Below, piece after piece: positions 9,664-19,841 of a DNA stretch of 20,000 nt. Made by a program: the position numbers and the translations under genes. Location: sequence record SRR20825019_200. One strand, written 5' to 3'. Every line of letters starts with the position of its first letter. Positions within the stretch are counted from its first letter, which is position 1. The notes under the pieces are model-generated. The model had not been told where the DNA came from, did not search any database, and saw only the letters and a program-made list of their open reading frames with translations.

Positions 9664-9683
9664 TTTCTGTCTGTTCATAGAAG

Positions 9684-9724
9684 CAAACAAAAAAGGCCAT
9701 CTATGAGATGGCCTTTTTTGTTTG
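9684..9724. terminator. Bidirectional Rho-independent terminator between the convergent protease and pyrF genes
   Basis: Perfect 19-bp inverted repeat CAAACAAAAAAGGCCATCT-ATG-AGATGGCCTTTTTTGTTTG. Confidence 0.9.
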
Positions 9725-9736
9725 GTGTGACGTTTG

Positions 9737-10429
9737 TCAGGCGAGGCTTTGTTCAATATCACGCAGTGCCTGCATCGGGTCTTTGGCTGCCGTGACCGGC
9801 CTGCCGATAACCAGGTAATGACTGCCGGCGGCGATGGCTTCAGCCGGTGTCATGGTACGGTGCTGATCACCACGGTCACTGCCGACGGGACGGATGCCGG
9901 GGGTAATTAACTGGAACTGCTGTCCCAGTTCTTCACGTAATGCCGGTGCTTCCTGCGCCGAGCAGACCACGCCATCAAGACCGCTGTCTTTAGCCAGACA
10001 GGCAAGCTTGACCACGTTTTCGGCCAGGGTGCCTGACAGGCCAATCAGATCGAAGGTTTGCTGGTCCATACTGGTCAGCAAGGTGACGGCAATCAGCCGC
10101 GGCGCATCCTGACTGTCTCCCACTGCTTCACGCGCAGCCTGCATCATCGCCATACCGCCCAGCGCATGCACATTCATCATCCAGACGCCCAGATCGGCGG
10201 CAGCGGCACAGGCGCGGCCGACGGTATGGGGGATATCGTGATATTTCAGATCGAGAAAAACATCAAAACCGCGGCTAACCAAAGATCTGACGACGTCTGG
10301 GCCGGCACGGGTAAACAGCTCTTTGCCGACCTTGACCCGTGCCGAAGCCGGATCAATTTGATCCGCCATAGCCAGGGCTGAATTTTTATCAGCATAGTCG
10401 AGGGCAACGATGATTTTCGGATCAGACAT
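9737..10429 (-). CDS. pyrF: Orotidine-5'-phosphate decarboxylase
   Basis: [32 protein letters not shown] and VIGRPVT motifs. GGAG RBS present. Confidence 0.98.
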   Translation of the reverse strand: MSDPKIIVALDYADKNSALAMADQIDPASARVKVGKELFTRAGPDVVRSLVSRGFDVFLDLKYHDIPHTVGRACAAAADLGVWMMNVHALGGMAMMQAAREAVGDSQDAPRLIAVTLLTSMDQQTFDLIGLSGTLAENVVKLACLAKDSGLDGVVCSAQEAPALREELGQQFQLITPGIRPVGSDRGDQHRTMTPAEAIAAGSHYLVIGRPVTAAKDPMQALRDIEQSLA

Positions 10430-10471
10430 TCACAGCTCCAGGTTGCATAAACATCACGGATCTTAGCTTAA

Positions 10472-11656
<1,185 letters not shown>

Positions 11657-11690
11657 TTAGGGTCATTGCTATCGGAGACTCTGCCGGCTG

Positions 11691-11699
11691 TGGCATAAT
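11691..11699 (+). promoter_or_regulatory. Possible extended -10 sigma70 promoter for yajC-secDF
   Basis: TGGCATAAT about 32 bp upstream of the yajC ATG; no well-spaced -35 element. Confidence 0.4.
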
Positions 11700-11731
11700 C
11701 GGTTTCTTTTTATTGTTGAACTTGAGGACAC

Positions 11732-12070
11732 ATGATGGATTTTTTCATTTCTGCTGCTCATGCCGGTGCTGTTGAAAGTCAGGCTGCGGCATCCCCCGGC
11801 CTGCTCGATTTTGCTTTCCCCATTCTGCTGCTGGTTCTGTTTTATGTGATGCTGATTCGTCCTCAGCAGAAGCGAGCGAAAGAACACCGTGCCATGCAAT
11901 CTGCACTCGCCAAAGGTGATGAAGTGGTGACTGATGGTGGCCTGATGGGCAAAATTCTGGAAATTACCGATAACGCGATTACGGTACAGATTGCTGAAAG
12001 CGTCGAAGTCAAAGTTCGCCGCGAATCAATCAGTGCCGTGTTACCGAAAGGTACGTTGAAAAAGCTGTAA
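11732..12070 (+). CDS. yajC: Preprotein translocase subunit YajC
   Basis: FYVMLIRPQQKRAKEH, LAKGDEVVTDGGLMGKI, VLPKGTLKKL; lies between tgt and secD. Confidence 0.97.
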   Translation: MMDFFISAAHAGAVESQAAASPGLLDFAFPILLLVLFYVMLIRPQQKRAKEHRAMQSALAKGDEVVTDGGLMGKILEITDNAITVQIAESVEVKVRRESISAVLPKGTLKKL

Positions 12071-12111
12071 AACCGCTCGCCTGAAACGGTATCAAAAACC
12101 AGGAATTAATA

Positions 12112-13965
12112 ATGAACCGATATCCAATGTGGAAGAACCTGCTGGTTCTTGTTGTACTGATTGTTGCCACTATTTTTGCCATGCCCAATTTGTTTGGTGA
12201 TGATCCGGCGGTGCAGATTTCGGCAGGTCGGTCCACCACAGTGGATCTGGATCTGGCCGATAAAACTGAAACCGCGCTGAAACAGGCCGGTATCGACTAT
12301 AAAGGCATAGAACTGGAAGATGACAAGCTGCTGGTTCGTCTGACTTCTGCGGATAGTCAGTTGCAGGCCAAAGAAGTGCTGAATCAGACCCTGACCGGTG
12401 ATTACATTATCGCGCTGAACCTGGCACCGACGACACCGGACTGGCTGGCGGCACTGGGTGCAGAGCCGATGAACCTGGGTCTGGATTTACGGGGCGGTGT
12501 CCACTTTCTGATGGAAGTGGACATGTTTGCGGCAGTAAAACAGGCACTGGACGGTTATGGTAGTGATCTGCGACTGAATTTGCGTGACGAGAAAATCCGT
12601 TACAAGCAAATCAAGGTGGAAGATCAGCAGCTGATTGTTGTGTTTCGTAATGCCGAAGATCGGGATGCAGCAGAAAGCCTGATCAGCCGCGAAATGGATG
12701 CCCTGCAAATCAGTGTGGCCGAAGACACGACTGACCCGGCACTGGTTATGCAACTGAAAGAAGCTGATCTGCGGGAAACCAAACGACTGGCCCTGCAACA
12801 AAACATCACCACCTTGCGTAACCGTATCAATGAACTGGGTGTCGCCGAGCCGACTGTGCAGCAGCAGGGTGAGAGTCGTATTGTGGTGCAGTTGCCGGGC
12901 GTACAGGACACCGCCCAGGCCAAGAAAATACTTGGTGCTACGGCAACACTGGAATTTCGTCTGGTCGATTTTGAAAGCGATGTCCAGGATGCTTTGAACG
13001 GACGGGTACCGCCCAACTCCGAGCTGTATTATCACCGTGATGGCCGGCCTTATCTACTCAACAAACGGGTGATGCTGACCGGTGAACACGTGATTAACGC
13101 CCAGTCGACACTGGATCCTCAGTCGGGCTCGCCGGCCGTTTCGGTGACACTGGACGGCAAAGGGGCTCGCATTTTCAGTAACATCACCCGCGATAACATC
13201 GGCAACCCGATGGCCGTGGTGTTTATTGAGTCCAAAACAGAAACCAAGGAAATTGATGGAGAACTGGTTAAAGTCCGCCGCCAGGTGCCGGAAATCATCA
13301 ATGTCGCCACCATTCGTGACCAGCTGAGCAAGAAATTCCAGATTACCGGTCTCGACAGTACCACCGAAGCGCGTGATCTGGCCCTGCTGCTGCGTGCCGG
13401 TGCTTTGGCCGCACCCATTGAAATCGTTGAAGAACGCACTGTGGGCCCCAGCCTGGGGCAGGACAACATCGACCAGGGCTTTGCTTCGGTCATGATCGGC
13501 TTTGCCTTTGTGCTGGTCTTCATGTTGCTCTGGTATAAAGTGTTTGGTTTTGTGGCCAACCTGGCGCTGGCTGCCAACCTGATATTCATCGTTGCCTTGC
13601 TGTCGATGCTGCAGGCCACACTGACCCTGCCGGGTATTGCCGGTATCGTACTGACGGTCGGTATGGCGGTGGATGCCAACGTGCTGATATTTGAACGTAT
13701 CCGTGAAGAGCTGCGTAACGGTAACAGCCCGCAATCCAGTATCAGCGCCGGTTATGGCAAAGCCTTTTCAACCATCGCTGATGCCAATATCACCACATTG
13801 ATTGCGGCAGTGGTTTTGTTCGGTTTCGGTACCGGCTCGATTAAAGGCTTTGCTGTGACCTTGTCGCTGGGCATTATCACTTCAATGTTTACCGCGATCA
13901 TGGGCACCCGTTCCGTGGTCAACCTGATTTACGGTCGTCAGCATAAACCCAAGCTGTCAATTTAG
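12112..13965 (+). CDS. secD: Protein translocase subunit SecD
   Basis: NRYPMWK, LGLDLRGGVHFLMEVD, RINELGVAEP, ERTVGPSLG, GMAVDANVLIFERIREE. Confidence 0.98.
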   Translation: MNRYPMWKNLLVLVVLIVATIFAMPNLFGDDPAVQISAGRSTTVDLDLADKTETALKQAGIDYKGIELEDDKLLVRLTSADSQLQAKEVLNQTLTGDYIIALNLAPTTPDWLAALGAEPMNLGLDLRGGVHFLMEVDMFAAVKQALDGYGSDLRLNLRDEKIRYKQIKVEDQQLIVVFRNAEDRDAAESLISREMDALQISVAEDTTDPALVMQLKEADLRETKRLALQQNITTLRNRINELGVAEPTVQQQGESRIVVQLPGVQDTAQAKKILGATATLEFRLVDFESDVQDALNGRVPPNSELYYHRDGRPYLLNKRVMLTGEHVINAQSTLDPQSGSPAVSVTLDGKGARIFSNITRDNIGNPMAVVFIESKTETKEIDGELVKVRRQVPEIINVATIRDQLSKKFQITGLDSTTEARDLALLLRAGALAAPIEIVEERTVGPSLGQDNIDQGFASVMIGFAFVLVFMLLWYKVFGFVANLALAANLIFIVALLSMLQATLTLPGIAGIVLTVGMAVDANVLIFERIREELRNGNSPQSSISAGYGKAFSTIADANITTLIAAVVLFGFGTGSIKGFAVTLSLGIITSMFTAIMGTRSVVNLIYGRQHKPKLSI

Positions 13966-13977
13966 GATTCGCCAGAC

Positions 13978-14928
13978 ATGCAGTTTTTATCAAACGAAAC
14001 CCATATCAATTTCATGTCGAAACGCCTGCTGGCAGCGGTGTTTTCGATTGTCTTAATTATTGTTTCTGTGACCTCGCTGGTGATGCAGGGCCTGAATTTC
14101 GGTATCGACTTTACCGGCGGCACTATGATCGAACTGGGTTATCAGGAACAGGTTGACCTCAATAAACTGCGTCAGGATCTGGCTGAGGGGGGCTATCCGG
14201 AGGCAACAGTGCAGAACTTCGGTTCGATTCATGATGTACTGATTCGTCTGCCGGTGATTGAAACGCAGAACATGGCCCAGCTCAGCAATGAGGTGATGGC
14301 GATGCTGCAAAGCAAAAACGAGACGGAAATTGATGTCCGCCGAGTTGAGTTTGTCGGACCGCAGGTGGGTGATGAACTCACTGAGCAGGGTGGTCTGGCC
14401 ATGCTTTATGCCTTGATCGGTATTCTGATCTACGTCTCATTTCGGTTTGAATACCGTTTTGCCATCGGTTCGGTGGTGGCGTTGATCCATGACGTTGTGC
14501 TCACGCTGGGCTTTTTCTCTTTGAGCCGCATCGAGTTTGACCTGACCGTACTGGCGGCCATCCTCGCCATTATCGGTTATTCTCTCAATGACACGATTGT
14601 GGTGTTTGACCGTATTCGTGAAACCTTTCTGCGGATGCGCAAAGGCACTTCAGTAGAGATCGTCAATGCCGCGCTGAATGACACCCTGAGCCGGACTTTG
14701 ATGACATCCTTAACCACCTTGTTGGTGGTGGTTGCCCTGTTTATTTTTGGCGGCGAAGTCATTCATGCTTTCTCGATTGCCTTGATACTGGGTATCTTGG
14801 TGGGTACTTATTCTTCGATTTATATTGCCAGTAATACCATTCTGGCGATGGGTGTGAGTAAGGAAGACTTGCTGCCGCCGGTGAAAGAAGATGATGAGGA
14901 AGTGAATCCGGACGGCAGTCAGGTCTAG
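13978..14928 (+). CDS. secF: Protein translocase subunit SecF
   Basis: GLNFGIDFTGG, VGPQVGDEL, HDV, GYSLNDTIVVFDRIRE, GTYSSIYIA. Confidence 0.98.
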   Translation: MQFLSNETHINFMSKRLLAAVFSIVLIIVSVTSLVMQGLNFGIDFTGGTMIELGYQEQVDLNKLRQDLAEGGYPEATVQNFGSIHDVLIRLPVIETQNMAQLSNEVMAMLQSKNETEIDVRRVEFVGPQVGDELTEQGGLAMLYALIGILIYVSFRFEYRFAIGSVVALIHDVVLTLGFFSLSRIEFDLTVLAAILAIIGYSLNDTIVVFDRIRETFLRMRKGTSVEIVNAALNDTLSRTLMTSLTTLLVVVALFIFGGEVIHAFSIALILGILVGTYSSIYIASNTILAMGVSKEDLLPPVKEDDEEVNPDGSQV

Positions 14929-14945
14929 CTGTTCAGTCCAGAATC

Positions 14946-14975
14946 AAAAAAGCCCGGTTTTCACCGGGCTTTTTT
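14946..14975. terminator. Bidirectional Rho-independent terminator (secF and the convergent small ORF)
   Basis: AAAAAAGCCCGGT-TTTC-ACCGGGCTTTTTT. Confidence 0.9.
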
Positions 14976-15228
14976 ATGGGAAGGAATGACGGTCCCGGAA
15001 TCGCAGGGACTTGCTGATGAACGTGGGTGACTGATGACGGCGTCTGGACTCCATCGTGACGACGTTCTGACTGCGCTCTGCAAGCTCACGTTGTTTGGCT
15101 TCTTCCACCGTTTCCACGCTGAGAATCCGGCAGTGCTTAAGCTGGCAATGGTAACTGCTGAGGGTAGCCAGTTCTTCCAGCCCCTCCATGACCAGTCGCA
15201 GTTCAAGTTCCAGGGATTTATCCATCAT
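14974..15228 (-). CDS. Hypothetical small protein (84 aa)
   Basis: Fills otherwise empty space; AGGT RBS-like site upstream; stop codon abuts the bidirectional terminator; sigma28-like promoter upstream. No family recognised. Confidence 0.6.
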   Translation of the reverse strand: MMDKSLELELRLVMEGLEELATLSSYHCQLKHCRILSVETVEEAKQRELAERSQNVVTMESRRRHQSPTFISKSLRFRDRHSFP

Positions 15229-15255
15229 AGTCCAATACCTACTTTCTTATTCTGG

Positions 15256-15282
15256 GTATCGGTCAAAGCCTGCCTGACTTGA
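15256..15282 (-). promoter_or_regulatory. sigma28 (FliA)-like promoter for the 84-aa ORF
   Basis: Minus strand reads TCAAG-N14-ACCGATAC, against the consensus T(A/C)AAG-N14-GCCGATAA. The -10 element ends 27 bp before the ATG. Confidence 0.65.
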
Positions 15283-15364
15283 GTGCTAAATGATAAATAT
15301 TCCTGCTCGTGGCCTTAAAGCCAACAAGAGCGATTAATGAAGAGTCTGAAAAGTATTACGTAAA

Positions 15365-15522
15365 GATCATCTGGCCATTGTCATGGCAGGACAACGGCTT
15401 TGGGGACTGGCCCTGAGTCGCGAGATCACTGTCGCTGCAGCAGCGATACGGTCTGAGTGGCGGAAGAGGTCGTCATACGATCGCGATCGGCAAGTCGCTA
15501 TGGGGTGTAGTGGTTGATGATT
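15365..15522 (+). ncRNA. Candidate structured RNA or foldback element of unknown family
   Basis: Nested helices found by eye, rich in G-U pairs on the + strand (details in findings). No family recognised. Confidence 0.3.
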
Positions 15523-15606
15523 GGCGTTTCCGGACTGGCTTACGACTTAGCCTTTCAGCGTGATTTATTACTTTGTTCGCCGCAGGCGACGCGGTATCAT
15601 GCCTGC

Positions 15607-16119
15607 ATGATTTTATTGCAGCGTTTTTTCCAGATCTGTCTGTTCAAGTCAGGTCCGGCTGATGTGCCGGCTTCCCACTGGTTACTGAAACTGGTCTGTC
15701 TGGTTTATTTTTCCATCGGCACCCTGGTCAGCCACGTTGACCATCCCTGGTCTGCCGCTTTGCTTGCCAGTCTGAGTGATACGCTGCTATTAGTGGCTGT
15801 TTGCTGGCTACTGCTTTATGTGCGTGGGATGGGAGAGCGTTTCCTGCAAACAGCGACGGCGATGGCCGGAACCGGTGCCATCATGGGGCTTTTTGGTCTG
15901 CCGATTTTCATGCTGTTCCGCCAGGTCGAATCACACGGTCAACTGACCAGTCTGGTCTTGTTGCTGGTGCTGATTCTGATGTTCTGGAGTCTGTTTATTA
16001 CCGCACATATTTTCCGCCATGCGCTGGAAATCCGGCCCGGCATGGCAGCCATTTTGACCGTAGCCTATACCATCCTGTCGTTGGTCGTGGTGGGATTAAC
16101 GATTTCAGGAGTCGCCTAA
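15607..16119 (+). CDS. Hypothetical multi-pass inner-membrane protein
   Basis: About 5 hydrophobic segments; ICLFKSGPADVP, RFLQTATAMAG, HIFRHALE; stop 1 bp before the mpl start. Start uncertain: the track gives 15514, ATG 15607 is preferred. Confidence 0.8.
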   Translation: MILLQRFFQICLFKSGPADVPASHWLLKLVCLVYFSIGTLVSHVDHPWSAALLASLSDTLLLVAVCWLLLYVRGMGERFLQTATAMAGTGAIMGLFGLPIFMLFRQVESHGQLTSLVLLLVLILMFWSLFITAHIFRHALEIRPGMAAILTVAYTILSLVVVGLTISGVA

Positions 16120-16120
16120 A

Positions 16121-17470
16121 ATGCATATTCATATTCTCGGTATTTGCGGGACCTTTATGGGCGGGCTGGCTTTGCTGGCCAGAGAACTGGGTATGACTGT
16201 CAGTGGCAGTGATGCCAATGTCTACCCGCCGATGAGCGATCAACTGGCCGCGGCCGGTATTGATGTCATGGAAGGTTACGAACCGAGCCATCTGGATCCG
16301 GTACCGGATCTGGTGGTGATGGGTAATGCGATGACCCGCGGCAATCCGGCGGTGGAATATGTACTCAACAAAGGCTTGCCTTATGTGTCCGGTCCACAAT
16401 GGCTGGCGGAAAATGTATTACGCGGCCGCTGGGTGCTCGGTGTCTCCGGTACCCATGGCAAAACGACAACCAGCAGTCTGCTGGCCTGGATTCTGGAACA
16501 TGCCGGCATGTCGCCCGGCTTTCTGATTGGTGGCGTGCCGGATAACTTCGGCGAAACAGCAAGACTAGGTAATACGCCGTTTTTCGTGATTGAGGCTGAT
16601 GAATACGACACGGCCTTTTTCGATAAGCGCTCCAAGTTTGTTCACTATCAGCCCCGCACACTGGTGATTAATAATCTGGAGTTTGATCATGCTGATATTT
16701 TTGATGATCTGTCAGCGATTCAACGGCAGTTTCATCATCTGGTGAGAACTGTACCGTCAGAAGGGCTGATTGTCTCGCCGCAGGAAAAGGCCATTGATCA
16801 GGTCTTTGAGATGGGCTGCTGGACACCGAGACAGACGCTCGGCAATGATAATGACTGGCAGACAAAGCTGATCAATAAAGACGGCAGTGAATTTGAAGTC
16901 CGGTTTGAGGAGCAAACCGCCACCGTGCGTTGGAATATGCTGGGTCAACATAATGTCAGTAATGCCCTCGCCGCAATCGCAGCCGCCCGTCATGTTGGTG
17001 TGACTCTGGAGCATGCTGCTAAAGCCCTGTCAGAATTTGCAGGTGTCAAACGCCGGCTGGAACTGCGTGGCGAAGTGAATAATATCCGTGTTTATGATGA
17101 TTTTGCCCACCATCCGACAGCGATCGCGACCACGATTGCCGGTCTGCGTGCCAGCATTGGTAACCGCAAACTGGTGGCCGTGCTGGAGCCGCGTTCTAAT
17201 ACGATGAAAATGGGCGTGCACCAGGACGCGCTGGCCCAGTCTTTGATACAGGCCGACCGGGTATTGCTGTTTCAGGATGCCGGACTCAAGTGGTCGCTGA
17301 AGCAGGTCTCAGAAACCCTGGGTGACCATGTCACTGTGCATGATTCAGTGGATGGTATTGTCACGGCTTTGCAAAAGGAAGCGGCGCAGGGCGATGAAAT
17401 CCTGGTGATGAGCAACGGCGGCTTCGGCGGCATTCATCAGAAAATTCTGGAGGCACTGGCAGCAAGATGA
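16121..17470 (+). CDS. mpl: UDP-N-acetylmuramate:L-alanyl-gamma-D-glutamyl-meso-diaminopimelate ligase
   Basis: MHIHILGICGTFMGGLA, GTHGKTTTSS, EADEYDTAFFDKRSKF, DDFAHHPTAI, EPRSNTM, MSNGGFGGIH. Confidence 0.98.
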   Translation: MHIHILGICGTFMGGLALLARELGMTVSGSDANVYPPMSDQLAAAGIDVMEGYEPSHLDPVPDLVVMGNAMTRGNPAVEYVLNKGLPYVSGPQWLAENVLRGRWVLGVSGTHGKTTTSSLLAWILEHAGMSPGFLIGGVPDNFGETARLGNTPFFVIEADEYDTAFFDKRSKFVHYQPRTLVINNLEFDHADIFDDLSAIQRQFHHLVRTVPSEGLIVSPQEKAIDQVFEMGCWTPRQTLGNDNDWQTKLINKDGSEFEVRFEEQTATVRWNMLGQHNVSNALAAIAAARHVGVTLEHAAKALSEFAGVKRRLELRGEVNNIRVYDDFAHHPTAIATTIAGLRASIGNRKLVAVLEPRSNTMKMGVHQDALAQSLIQADRVLLFQDAGLKWSLKQVSETLGDHVTVHDSVDGIVTALQKEAAQGDEILVMSNGGFGGIHQKILEALAAR

Positions 17471-18075
17471 CCGATAATAAACAGATTGCGCTGGCGATTA
17501 CCGGTGCCTCGGGTGCCCCTTATGCCAAACGTTTACTGGAAATATTGCTGCAAAGTGGGATCACGGTACACCTGATGATTTCTGCTGCCGGCCGTATTGT
17601 GCTCGCTGATGAACTGGACTGGAAACTGCCGGCCCGCGCCGGTGATATTCAAACGCTGCTGACGGAGCAATTTCAGTGTCAGCCTGAGCAACTGCGTGTT
17701 TATGGTGAACAGCAATGGTCAGCGCCACTGGCCAGCGGTTCCCACCGGGTTCCGACCATGATTGTCTGCCCCTGCACGATGGGCACGCTTTCCGCCATTG
17801 CCTGTGGCCAGAGTGATAATTTGATCAATCGCGCTGCGGATGTGATGCTGAAAGAAAACCGCAGGTTAATCCTGGTCCCCAGAGAAGCGCCGTTTTCTGC
17901 GATTCATCTTGAGAATATGCTGAAACTGGCGCGGTTGGGAGTGTGTATTCTGCCACCCAGCCCAGGTTTTTATTTCCGGCCGAACTCGTTGCAGGAAGTG
18001 GTGGATTTTGTGGTCGCCCGTATTCTGGATCAGACCGGTATTGAGCATAGGCTGATGCCGCGCTGGGGGGAATAG
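17467..18075 (+). CDS. ubiX: Flavin prenyltransferase UbiX
   Basis: AITGASGA, APLASGS, CPCTMGTLSAIA, RAADVMLKE, PREAP, HLENM, PGFY, RWG. Overlaps the mpl stop (ATGA). Confidence 0.96.
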   Translation: MTDNKQIALAITGASGAPYAKRLLEILLQSGITVHLMISAAGRIVLADELDWKLPARAGDIQTLLTEQFQCQPEQLRVYGEQQWSAPLASGSHRVPTMIVCPCTMGTLSAIACGQSDNLINRAADVMLKENRRLILVPREAPFSAIHLENMLKLARLGVCILPPSPGFYFRPNSLQEVVDFVVARILDQTGIEHRLMPRWGE

Positions 18076-18104
18076 CGGGGACAGGACAAGGCAGCCAAGT
18101 CGCG

Positions 18105-18110
18105 TATAAT
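18105..18110 (+). promoter_or_regulatory. Possible sigma70 -10 element for fhs
   Basis: Perfect TATAAT 30 bp upstream of the ATG; no clear -35 element. Confidence 0.4.
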
Positions 18111-18139
18111 GCTGGCTTAGAATAAACAGCAGGGAAATC

Positions 18140-19810
18140 ATGTCTGATATCGAAATCGCACAACAGGCAACGATGCAGGAAGTGACCGGGCTCGCCGGTG
18201 AGCGACTGGGCATCGCCGCTGAACACCTTGATCCCTATGGCCGCTACAAGGCCAAAGTCTCCCTGGATGTGCTCGATGAACTGGCCGAGCGCCCGAATGG
18301 TAAATTAATACTGGTCACCGCGATCAGCCCCACCCCTGCCGGTGAAGGTAAAACGACGACGACGATTGGGCTCAGTGATGCCCTTAATCGTATCGGTAAA
18401 CAGTCTCTGGTCTGTGTGCGGGAACCCTCAATGGGGCCCTGCTTCGGCCTGAAGGGCGGTGCGGCCGGCGGTGGCTATGCGCAGGTGGTGCCGATGGAAG
18501 ATATCAATCTGCATTTCACCGGTGACCTGCATGCGATTGCTGCCGCGCATAACCTGTTGGCCGCGATGATCGACAATCATATTCATCACGGCAATGAACT
18601 GCAGCTGGATGCTCGCCGTATCGCCTGGCAACGGGTGCTGGACATGAATGATCGGGCGCTGCGCGATATTGTGGTCGGCATGGGCGGGACTGCCAATGGT
18701 TACCTGCGCCAGGATCGCTTTGATATTGTCGTTGCCTCTGAAGTGATGGCGATTTTCTGCCTCTCTAATTCCTTACAGGAATTGAAAACCCGCCTTGGCG
18801 AAATCCTGATTGGATATTCCACGGACGGCACGCCGCGCTACGCCCGTGAACTCAAAGCTCATGGCGCCATGGCAGCGCTGCTGAAAGAGGCAATTAAGCC
18901 AAATCTGGTGCAGACCCTGGAAAACAATCCAGCCTTTGTGCATGGGGGCCCCTTTGCCAATATCGCGCATGGCTGTAACTCAGTCGTCGCCACCAAGATG
19001 GCCCTGAAACTCAGTGATTATGTCGTCACCGAGGCCGGCTTCGGTGCCGATCTGGGCGCGGAAAAATTTATCAATATCAAATGTCGGAAAGCCGGCATCA
19101 AACCGGATATGGCCGTGGTCGTTGCCACCGTTAAAGCTTTGAAATACCACGGTGGCCTGGGCCTGAAACAACTGGCTGAAGAAAACCTCGATGCCCTAAA
19201 AGCCGGCCTGAAAAATCTGCAACGGCATTTAAACAACCTGCAGCAGGAATTCGGTTTGCGCTGTGTGGTTGCCATTAATCATTTTGTGAATGACAGCGAC
19301 GCCGAGATCGCCCTGATTCAATCCGCGGTTAAAGAGATGGGGGCTGAAGCAATCCTTGCCCGTCACTGGGCCCAGGGCGGCGCCGGTGCCGAAGAGCTGG
19401 CACAACGGGTTGTAGCGATGCTGGAACAGGAGGCTGCCCCCTGCGAATTCCTCTATGCTGACAATTTGCCTTTGTGGGACAAAATTTCAGAAGTCGCCAA
19501 GCGACTCTATGGCGCCGGTCAGGTGGTGGCGGATAAAAAAGTCATGGATAAGATCAGTATGCTCAATGAACAGCATGGTGATATTCCGGTTTGCATGGCT
19601 AAAACCCCATATTCATTCAGCAGCGATCCCAGCCTGCGTGGCGTGGCCGATAATCATACCCTGACCGTGCGTGATGTGCGTTTGTCACATGGTGCAGGTT
19701 TTCTGGTGGTCTTGTGCGGGGATGTGATGACGATGCCCGGACTGCCCAAACGGCCGGCAGCGGAGCGGATTGATATTGATGAACAGGGGCAGATCACAGG
19801 CTTGTTTTAA
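18140..19810 (+). CDS. fhs: Formate--tetrahydrofolate ligase (Fhs/FtfL)
   Basis: [83 protein letters not shown] end. Confidence 0.98.
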   Translation: MSDIEIAQQATMQEVTGLAGERLGIAAEHLDPYGRYKAKVSLDVLDELAERPNGKLILVTAISPTPAGEGKTTTTIGLSDALNRIGKQSLVCVREPSMGPCFGLKGGAAGGGYAQVVPMEDINLHFTGDLHAIAAAHNLLAAMIDNHIHHGNELQLDARRIAWQRVLDMNDRALRDIVVGMGGTANGYLRQDRFDIVVASEVMAIFCLSNSLQELKTRLGEILIGYSTDGTPRYARELKAHGAMAALLKEAIKPNLVQTLENNPAFVHGGPFANIAHGCNSVVATKMALKLSDYVVTEAGFGADLGAEKFINIKCRKAGIKPDMAVVVATVKALKYHGGLGLKQLAEENLDALKAGLKNLQRHLNNLQQEFGLRCVVAINHFVNDSDAEIALIQSAVKEMGAEAILARHWAQGGAGAEELAQRVVAMLEQEAAPCEFLYADNLPLWDKISEVAKRLYGAGQVVADKKVMDKISMLNEQHGDIPVCMAKTPYSFSSDPSLRGVADNHTLTVRDVRLSHGAGFLVVLCGDVMTMPGLPKRPAAERIDIDEQGQITGLF

Positions 19811-19841
19811 AACTGTATTTCAGGATGCGCTGTTTTCGATC

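Noticed and set aside
15034-15282. 82-aa + strand ORF and the 81-aa minus-strand ORF at 14961-15206
   Set aside because: Both overlap the better-supported 84-aa ORF, which has a promoter, RBS and terminator.
15395-15413. Minus-strand GGGCCAGTCCCCaaAGCCG resembles a 5' segment of E. coli 6S RNA
   Set aside because: The 3' CTTGAACC...GGTTCAAG segment and the closing stem are absent on that strand, and the zapA/ygfA context is missing.
15413-15472. CTGAG...GGAAG...GTC resembling a hammerhead ribozyme core
   Set aside because: No CUGANGA or GAAA core with correctly placed stems.
15383-15517. 44-codon + strand ORF (MAGQRLWG...)
   Set aside because: No RBS and no recognisable protein features; it overlaps the putative structured element.
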